Assembly (NCBI GenBank): GCA_964057225.1
Contig: OZ059898.1
Span: forward strand, 18,538,001 to 18,602,000
DNA length: 64,000 nucleotides
Source of the DNA: Auanema rhodensis
Lineage: Eukaryota > Animalia > Nematoda
Direction of reading: 5' to 3'
Below are positions 54,501 to 64,000 of this stretch, piece by piece. The translations under genes and the position numbers were made by a program. The notes under the pieces are model-generated. The model did no database searches. It was given only the letters and a program-made list of their open reading frames with translations, and was not told the DNA's origin. The stretch's first letter is position 1; each line of letters begins with the position of its first letter.

Positions 54501-57500
54501 GTATGTAACTCGCTTCACGTGAAAGATAAAGAGATGCGGTTTTCAAAATTAGATTCCGCATGTCCATATTAGTCTAAAAACAAATTTTTATTGATATTGG
54601 TGCATGGTAACCATGACTTTGAAATTTACGTGAACTTTAATTTATGCTAATTAAGTGTACACGTGATGTGCACTTGGTATGTAACTCGCTTCACGTGAAA
54701 GATAAAGAGATGCGGTTTCCAAAATTAGATTTCGCATGTCCATATTAGTCTAAAAACAAATTTTTATTGATATTGGTGCATGGTAACCATGACTTTGAAA
54801 TTTACGTGAACTTCAATTTATGCTAATTAAGTGTACACGTGATGTGCACTTGGTATGTAACTCGCTTCACGTGAAAGATAAAGAGATGCGGTTTTCAAAA
54901 TTAGATTCCTCATGTCCATATTAGTCTAAAAACGAATTTTTATTGATATTGATGCATGGTAACCATGACTTTGAAATTTATGTGAACTTTAATTTATGCT
55001 TATTAAGTGTACACGTGATGTGCACTTGGTATGTAACTCGCTTCACGTGAAAGATAAAGGGATGCGGTTTTCAAAATTAGATTCCCCATGTCCATATTAG
55101 TCTGAAAACAAATTTTTGTTGATATTGGTGGATGGTAACCATGACTTTGAAATTTACGTGAACTTTAATTTATGCTAATTAAGTGTACACGTGATGTGCA
55201 CTTGGTATGTAACTCGCTTCACGTGAAAGATGAAGAGATGCGGTTTTCAAAATTAGGTTCCCCATGTCCATATTAGTCTAAAAACAAATTTTTATTGATA
55301 TTGGTGGATGGTAACCATGACTTTCAAATTTACGTGAACTTTAATTTATGCTAATTAAGTGTACACATGATGTGCACTTGGTATGTAACTCGCTTCACGT
55401 GAAAGATAAAGAGATGCGGTTTTCAAAATTAGATTTCGCATGTCCATATTAGTCTAAAAACAAATTTTTATTGATATTGGTGCATGGTAACCATGACTTT
55501 GAAATTTACGTGAACTTTAATTTATGCTAATTAAGTGTACACATGATGTGCACTTGGTATGTAACTCGCTTCACGTCAAAGATAAAGAGATGCGGTTTTC
55601 AAAATTAGATTTGGCATGTCCATATTACTCTAAAAACAAATTTTTATTGATATTGGTGGATGGTTACCATGACTTTCAAATTTACGTGAACTTCAATTTA
55701 TGCTAATTAAGTGTACACGTGATGTGCACTTAGTATGTAACTCGCTTCGCGTCAACGATAAAGAGATGCGGTTTTCAAAATTAGATTCCCCATGTCCATA
55801 TTAGTCTAAAAACAAATTTTTATTAATATTGGTGCATGGTAACCATGACTTTGAAATTTACGTGAACTTTATTTATGCTAATTGAGTGTACACATGATGT
55901 GCACTTGGTATGTAACTCGCTTCACGTGAAAGATAAAAAGATGCGGTTTTCAAATTTAGATTTCGCGTGTCCATATTAGTCTAAGAACAAATTTTTATTG
56001 ATATTGGTGCATGGTAACCATGACTTTGAAATTTACGTGAACTTTAATTTATGCTAATTAAGTGTACACGTGATGTGCACTTGGTATGTAACTCGCTTCA
56101 CGTGAAAGATAAAAAGATGCGGTTTTCAAATTTAGATTTCGCGTGTCCATATTAGTCTAAAAACAAATTTTTATTGATATTGGTGCATGGTAACCATGAC
56201 TTTGAAGTTTACGTGAACTTTAATTTATGCTAATTAAGTGTACACGTGATGTGCACTTGGTATGTAACTCGCTTCACGTGAAAGATAAAAAGATGCGGTT
56301 TTCAAATTTAGATTTCGCGTGTCCATATTAGTCTAAAAACAAATTTTTATTGATATTGGTGCATGGTAACCATGACTTTGAAGTTTACGTGAACTTTAAT
56401 TTATGCTAATTAAGTGTACACGTGAAGTGCACTTGGTATGTAACTCGCTTCACGTGAAAGATAAAGAGATGCGGTTTTCAAAATTAGATTTGGCATGTCC
56501 ATATTACTCTAAAAACAAATTTTTATTGATATTGGTGGATGGTAACCATGACTTTGAAATTTACGTGAACTTTAATTTATGCTAATTAAGTGTACACGTG
56601 ATGTGCACTTGGTATGTAACTCGCTTCACGTGAAAGATAAAAAGATGCGGTTTTCAAAATTAGATTCCGCATGTCCATATTAGTCTAAAAACAAATTTTT
56701 ATTGATATTGGTGCATGGTAACCATGACTTTGAAACTTACGTGAACTTTAATTTATGCTAATTAAGTGTACACGTGATGTGCACTTGGTATGTAACTCGC
56801 TTCACGTGAAAGATAAAGAGATGCGGTTTCCAAAATTAGATTTCGCATGTCCATATTAGTCTAAAAACAAATTTTTGTTGATATTTGTGGATGGTAACCA
56901 TGACTTTGAAATTTACGTGAACTTTAATTTATGCTAATTAAGTGTACACGTGATGTGCACTTGGTATGTAACTCGCTTCACGTGAAAGATAAAGAGATGC
57001 GGTTTTCAAAATTAGATTCCCCATGTCCATATTAGTCTAAAAACAAATTTTTATTGATATTGGTGCATGGTAACCATGACTTTGAAATTTACGTGAACTT
57101 TAATTTATGCTAATTAAGTGTACACGTGATGTGCACTTGGTATGTAACTCGCTTCACGTGAAAGATAAAGAGATGCGGTTTTCAAAATTAGATTCCCCAT
57201 GTCCATATTAGTCTAAAAACAAATTTTTATTGATATTGGTGCATGGTAACCATGACTTTGAAATTTACGTGAACTTTAATTTATGCTAATTAAGTGTACA
57301 CGTGATGTGCACTTGGTATGTAACTCGCTTCACGTGAAAGATAAAGAGATGCGGTTTTCAAAATTAGATTCCCCATGTCCATATTAGTCTAAAAACAAAT
57401 TTTTATTGATATTGGTGCATGGTAACCATGACTTTGAAATTTACGTGAACTTTAATTTATGCTAATTAAGTGTACACATGATGTGCACTCGGTATGTAAC

Positions 57501-60500
57501 TCATGTGAAAGATAAAGAGATGCGGTTTTCAAAATTAGATTCCGCATGTCCATATTAGTCTAAAAACAAATTTTTATTGATATTGGTGCATGGTAACCAT
57601 GACTTTGAAATTTACGTGAACTTTAATTTATGCTAATTAAGTGTACACGTGATGTGCACTTGGTATGTAACTCGCTTCACGTGAAAGATAAAGAGATGCG
57701 GTTTCCAAAATTAGATTTCGCATGTCCATATTAGTCTAAAAACAAATTTTTATTGATATTGGTGCATGGTAACCATGACTTTGAAATTTACGTGAACTTC
57801 AATTTATGCTAATTAAGTGTACACGTGATGTGCACTTGGTATGTAACTCGCTTCACGTGAAAGATAAAGAGATGCGGTTTTCAAAATTAGATTCCTCATG
57901 TCCATATTAGTCTAAAAACGAATTTTTATTGATATTGATGCATGGTAACCATGACTTTGAAATTTACGTGAACTTTAATTTATGCTTATTAAGTGTACAC
58001 GTGATGTGCACTTGGTATGTAACTCGCTTCACGTGAAAGATAAAGGGATGCGGTTTTCAAAATTAGATTCCCCATGTCCATATTAGTCTGAAAACAAATT
58101 TTTGTTGATATTGGTGGATGGTAACCATGACTTTGAAATTTACGTGAACTTTAATTTATGCTAATTAAGTGTACACGTGATGTGCACTTGGTATGTAACT
58201 CGCTTCACGTGAAAGATGAAGAGATGCGGTTTTCAAAATTAGGTTCCCCATGTCCATATTAGTCTAAAAACAAATTTTTATTGATATTGGTGGATGGTAA
58301 CCATGACTTTCAAATTTACGTGAACTTTAATTTATGCTAATTAAGTGTACACATGATGTGCACTTGGTATGTAACTCGCTTCACGTGAAAGATAAAGAGA
58401 TGCGGTTTTCAAAATTAGATTTCGCATGTCCATATTAGTCTAAAAACAAATTTTTATTGATATTGGTGCATGGTAACCATGACTTTGAAATTTACGTGAA
58501 CTTTAATTTATGCTAATTAAGTGTACACATGATGTGCACTTGGTATGTAACTCGCTTCACGTCAAAGATAAAGAGATGCGGTTTTCAAAATTAGATTTGG
58601 CATGTCCATATTACTCTAAAAACAAATTTTTATTGATATTGGTGGATGGTAACCATGACTTTCAAATTTACGTGAACTTCAATTTATGCTAATTAAGTGT
58701 ACACGTGATGTGCACTTAGTATGTAACTCGCTTCGCGTCAACGATAAAGAGATGCGGTTTTCAAAATTAGATTCCCCATGTCCATATTAGTCTAAAAACA
58801 AATTTTTATTAATATTGGTGCATGGTAACCATGACTTTGAAATTTACGTGAACTTTATTTATGCTAATTGAGTGTACACATGATGTGCACTTGGTATGTA
58901 ACTCGCTTCACGTGAAAGATAAAGAGATGCGGTTTTCAAAATTAGATTCCGCATGTCCATATTAGTCTAAAAACAAATTTTTATTGATATTGGTGCATGG
59001 TAACCATGACTTTGAAATTTACGTGAACTTTAATTTATGCTAATTAAGTTTACACGTGAGGTGCACTTGGTATGTAACTCGCTTCACGTGAAAGATAAAG
59101 AGATTCGGTTTTCAAAATTAGATTCCCCATGTCCATATTAGTCTAAGAACAAATTTTTATTGATATTGGTGCATGGTAACCATGACTTTGAAATTTACGT
59201 GAACTTTAATTTATGCTAATTAAGTGTACACGTGATGTGCACTTGGTATGTAACTCGCTTCACGTGAAAGATAAAAAGATGCGGTTTTCAAATTTAGATT
59301 TCGCGTGTCCATATTAGTCTAAAAACAAATTTTTATTGATATTGGTGCATGGTAACCATGACTTTGAAGTTTACGTGAACTTTAATTTATGCTAATTAAG
59401 TGTACACGTGAAGTGCACTTGGTATGTAACTCGCTTCACGTGAAAGATAAAGAGATGCGGTTTTCAAAATTAGATTCCCCATGTCCATATTAGTCTAAAA
59501 ACAAATTTTTATCGATATTGGTGCATGGTAACCATGACTTTGAAATTTACGTGAACTTTAATTTATGCTAATTAAGTGTACACATGATGTGCACTCGGTA
59601 TGTAACTCGCTTCACGTGAAAGATAAAGAGATGCGGTTTTCAAAATTAGATTCCGCATGTCCATATTAGTCTAAAAACAAATTTTTATTGATATTGGTGC
59701 ATGGTAACCATGACTTTGAAATTTACGTGAACTTTAATTTATGCTAATTAAGTGTACACGTGATGTGCACTTGGTATGTAACTCGCTTCATGTGAAAGAT
59801 AAAGAGATGCGGTTTTCAAAATTAGATTCCCCATGTTTATATTAGTCTAAAAACAAATTTTTATTGATATTGGTGCATGGCAACCATGACTTTAAAATCT
59901 ACATGTACTTTAATTTATGCTAATTAAGTGTACACATGATGTGCACTCGGTATGTAACTCGCTTCACGTGAAAGATAAAGAGATGCGGTTTTCAAAATTA
60001 GATTCCGCATGTCCATATTAGTCTAAAAACAAATTTTTATTGATATTGGTGCATGGTAACCATGACTTTGAAATTTACGTGAACTTTAATTTATGCTAAT
60101 TAAGTGTACACGTGATGTGCACTTGGTATGTAACTCGCTTCACGTGAAAGATAAAGAGATGCGGTTTTCAAAATTAGATTCCCCATGTTTATATTAGTCT
60201 AAAAACAAATTTTTATTGATATTGGTGCATGGCAACCATGACTTTAAAATCTACGTGTACTTTAATTTATGCTAATTAAGTGTACACATGATGTGCACTT
60301 GGTATGTAACTCGCTTCACGTGAAAGATAAAGAGATGCGGTTTTCAAAATTAGATTCCCCATGTTTATATTAGTCTAAAAACAAATTTTTATTGATATTG
60401 GTGCATGGCAACCATGACTTTAAAATCTACGTGTACTTTAATTTATGCTAATTAAGTGTACACATGATGTGCACTTGGTATGTAACTCGCTTCACGTGAA

Positions 60501-63500
60501 AGATAAAGAGATGCGGTTTTCAAAATTAGATTCCTCATGTCCATATTAGTCTAAAAACGAATTTTTATTGATATTGATGCATGGTAACCATGACTTTGAA
60601 ATTTACGTGAACTTTAATTTATGCTTATTAAGTGTACACGTGATGTGCACTTGGTATGTAACTCGCTTCACGTGAAAGATAAAGGGATGCGGTTTTCAAA
60701 ATTAGATTCCCCATCTCCATATTAGTCTAAAAACAAATTTTTATTGATATTGGTGCATGGTAACCATGACTTTGAAATTTACGTGAACTTTAATTTATGC
60801 TAATTAAGTGTACACGTGATGTGCACTTGGTATGTAACTCGCTTCACGTGAAAGATGAAGAGATGCGGTTTTCACAATTAGGTTCCCCATGTCCATATTA
60901 GTCTAAAAACAAATTTTTGTTGATATTGGTGGATGGTAACCATGACTTTCAAATTTACGTGAACTTTAATTTATGCTAATTAAGTGTACACATGATGTGC
61001 ACTTGGTATGTAACTCGCTTCACGTCAAAGATAAAGAGATGCGGTTTTCAAAATTAGATTTCGCATGTCCATATTAGTCTAAAAACAAATTTTTATTGAT
61101 ATTGGTGCATGGTAACCATGACTTTGAAATTTACGTGAACTTTAATTTATGCTAATTAAGTGTACACGTGATGTGCACTTGGTATGTAACTCGCTTCACG
61201 TGAAAGATAAAGAGATGCGGTTTCCAAAATTAGATTTCGCATGTCCATATTAGTCTAAAAACAAATTTTTGTTGATATTGGTGGATGGTAACCATGACTT
61301 TGAAATTTACGTGAACTTTAATTTATGCTAATTAAGTGTACACGTGATGTGCACTTGGTATGTAACTCGCTTCACGTGAAAGATGAAGAGATGCGGTTTA
61401 CAAAATTAGGTTCCCCATGTCCATATTAGTCTAAAAACAAATTTTTGTTGATATTGGTGGATGGTAACCATGACTTTGAAATTTACGTGAACTTTAATTT
61501 ATGCTAATTAAGTGTACACATGATGTGCACTCGGTATGTAACTCGCTTCACGTGAAAGATAAAGAGATGCGGTTTTCAAAATTAGGTTCCGCATGTCCAT
61601 ATTAGTCTAAAAACAAATTTTTATTGATATTGGTGCATGGTAACCATGACTTTGAAATTTACGTGAACTTTAATTTATGCTAATTAATTGTACACGTGAT
61701 GTGCACTTGGTATGTAACTCGCTTCACGTGAAAGATAAAGAGATGCGGTTTCCAAAATTAGATTTCGCATGTCCATATTAGTCTAAAAACAAATTTTTAT
61801 TGATATTGGTGCATGGTAACCATGACTTTGAAATTTACGTGAACTTCAATTTATGCTAATTAAGTGTACACGTGATGTGCACTTGGTATGTAACTCGCTT
61901 CACGTGAAAGATAAAGAGATGCGGTTTTCAAAATTAGATTCCCCATGTTTATATTAGTCTAAAAACAAATTTTTATTGATATTGGTGCATGGCAACCATG
62001 ACTTTAAAATCTACGTGTACTTTAATTTATGCTAATTAAGTGTACACATGATGTGCACTTGGTATGTAACTCGCTTCACGTGAAAGATAAAGAGATGCGG
62101 TTTTCAAAATTAGATTCCTCATGTCCATATTAGTCTAAAAACGAATTTTTATTGATATTGATGCATGGTAACCATGACTTTGAAATTTACGTGAACTTTA
62201 ATTTATGCTTATTAAGTGTAGACGTGATGTGCACTTGGTATGTAACTCGCTTCACGTGAAAGATAAAGGGATGCGGTTTTCAAAATTAGATTTCCCATGT
62301 CCATATTAGTCTAAAAACAAATTTTTGTTGATATTGGTGGATGGTAACCATGACTTTGAAATTTACGTGAACTTTAATTTATGCTAATTAAGTGTACACG
62401 TGATGTGCACTTGGTATGTAACTCGCTTCACGTGAAAGATGAAGAGATGCGGTTTTCAAAATTAGGTTCCCCATGTCCATATTAGTCTAAAAACAAATTT
62501 TTATTGATATTGGTGGATGGTAACCATGACTTTCAAATTTACGTGAACTTTAATTTATGCTAATTAAGTGTACACATGATGTGCACTTGGTATGTAACTC
62601 GCTTCACGTCAAAGATAAAGAGATGCGGTTTTCAAAATTAGATTTGGCATGTCCATATTAGTCTAAAAACAAATTTTTATTGATATTGGTGGATGGTAAC
62701 CATGACTTTGAAATTTACGTGAACTTCAATTTATGCTAATTAAGTGTACACGTGATGTGCACTTAGTATGTAACTCGCTTCGCGTCAACGATAAAGAGAT
62801 GCGGTTTTCAAAATTAGATTCCCCATGTCCATATTAGTCTAAAAACAAATTTTTATTAATATTGGTGCATGGTAACCATGACTTTGAAATTTACGTGAAC
62901 TTTATTTATGCTAATTGAGTGTACACATGATGTGCACTTGGTATGTAACTCGCTTCACGTGAAAGATAAAGAGATGCGGTTTTCAAAATTAGATTCCGCA
63001 TGTCCATATTAGTCTAAAAACAAATTTTTATTGATATTGGTGCATGGTAACCATGACTTTGAAATTTACGTGAACTTTAATTTATGCTAATTAAGTGTAC
63101 ACGTGATGTGCACTTGGTATGTAACTCGCTTCACGTGAAAGATAAAGAGATGCGGTTTTCAAAATTAGATTTCCCATGTCCATATTAGTCTAAAAACAAA
63201 TTTTTATTGATATTGGTGCATGGTAACCATGACTTTGAAATTTACGTGAACTTTAATTTATGCTAATTAAGTGTACACGTGATGTGCACTTGGTATGTAA
63301 CTCGCTTCACGTGAAAGATAAAGAGATGCGGTTTTCAAAATTAGATTCCGCATGTCCATATTAGTCTAAAAACAAATTTTTATTGATATTGGTGCATGGT
63401 AACCATGACTTTAAAATCTACGAGTACTTTAATTTATGCTAATTAAGTGTACACATGATGTGCACTTGGTATGTAACTCGCTTCACGTGAAAGATAAAGA

Positions 63501-64000
63501 GATGCGGTTTTCAAAATTAGATTCCTCATGTCCATATTAGTCTAAAAACGAATTTTTATTGATATTGATGCATGGTAACCATGACTTTGAAATTTACGTG
63601 AACTTTAATTTATGCTAATTAAGTGTACACGTGATGTGCACTTGGTATGTAACTCGCTTCACGTGAAAGATAAAGAGATGCGGTTTTCAAAATTAGATTC
63701 CCCATGTCCATATTAGTCTAAAAACAAATTTTTATTGATATTGGTGCATGGTAACCATGACTTTGAAATTTACGTGAACTTTAATTTATGCTAATTAAGT
63801 GTACACGTGATGTGCACTTGGTATGTAACTCGCTTCACGTGAAAGATAAAGAGATGCGGTTTCCAAAATTAGATTTCGCATGTCCATATTAGTCTAAAAA
63901 CAAATTTTTATTGATATTGGTGCATGGTAACCATGACTTTGAAATTTACGTGAACTTCAATTTATGCTAATTAAGTGTACACGTGATGTGCACTTGGTAT
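48580..64000. repeat. Right-hand satellite sub-domain with a distinct variant set and a looser ~9-10-mer order
   Basis: The variants tttggcatg, cttagtatg, gtcaacgat, actttatttatg..ttgagtg, aaatttagatttcgcgtg and tattactc are seen only to the right of ~49.4 kb. Confidence 0.8.
49070..50645. repeat. 3-monomer (528-bp) higher-order repeat, 3 copies
   Basis: gatttggcat at 49451, 49979 and 50507. The aggttcccc and cttagtatg variants recur with the same 528-bp period. Confidence 0.9.

Larger units (their letters stand above)
1..64000. repeat. 176-bp tandem satellite DNA array (~364 monomers, single orientation), probably centromeric/pericentromeric
   Basis: Monomer start 'gttt(t/c)caaaattagatt' recurs at 1 and 177, and exactly every 2640 bp (15x176) at 2641, 5281, 7921, 10561, 13201, 15841 and 18481. 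Consensus GC is 58/176 (~33%). No non-repeat sequence is seen and the array runs off both window ends. The centromeric role is inferred from unit size and homogeneity only. Confidence 0.98.

Noticed and set aside
55524-55706. 60-aa ORF MLIKCTHDVHLV...
   Set aside because: It is one satellite unit in which the consensus TAG (tat tag tct) is mutated to TAC. There is no recognisable domain or gene context. At ~67% AT about 4-5 stops are expected per unit per frame, so one of six frames having a single stop is not remarkable.
56403-56585. Second copy of the 60-aa ORF
   Set aside because: Same TAG>TAC variant; kept only as evidence of a chimeric monomer.
58510-58692. Third copy of the 60-aa ORF
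   Set aside because: Passive duplicate of 55524-55706 at +2986 bp within a duplicated block.
1-64000. CRISPR array or other repeat-spacer system
   Set aside because: There are no unique spacers, the entire 176 bp is repeated, and no cas or other genes are present.
1-64000. Tandem RNA gene array (5S rRNA, tRNA, snRNA, spliced leader)
   Set aside because: I recognise no 5S, tRNA or snRNA sequence and no Pol III A/B/C boxes. An Infernal/Rfam scan would be the definitive test.
1-64000. Long repetitive protein encoded across monomers (readthrough or alternative code)
   Set aside because: 176 is not a multiple of 3, so frames rotate into stop-containing frames (TAA, TGA and TAG are all present). 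The observed indels are not frame-preserving.
1-64000. Transposon insertions, inversions or telomeric repeats
   Set aside because: None seen. Monomer phase and orientation are accounted for throughout by the listed small deletions.

Overview
The whole 64-kb window is one uninterrupted, head-to-tail array of about 364 copies of a 176-bp, ~33% GC satellite monomer, all in the same orientation. Consensus: gttttcaaaattagattccccatgtccatattagtctaaaaacaaatttttattgatattggtgcatggtaaccatgactttgaaatttacgtgaactttaatttatgctaattaagtgtacacgtgatgtgcacttggtatgtaactcgcttcacgtgaaagataaagagatgcg. Monomers differ from this consensus by only a few substitutions. The nucleosome-scale unit length, high homogeneity and lack of insertions are typical of a eukaryotic centromeric or pericentromeric satellite, but I cannot identify the family or the organism from the sequence. 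I see no genes, RNA genes, mobile elements or CRISPR arrays. The three 60-aa ORFs arise from a single TAG>TAC variant in three monomers. The informative structure lies in the variant pattern. There are nested higher-order repeats (2-, 3-, 4-, 8- and 9/10-mers), a 35/36-monomer periodicity in 1-16 kb, and a ~16.2-kb (92-monomer) tandem duplication whose junction coincides with the only large deletion (17 bp). The variant repertoire also switches at about 48.5-49 kb. I found no evidence for a novel gene-encoded system. All comparisons were made by eye from rare marker variants, not by alignment.
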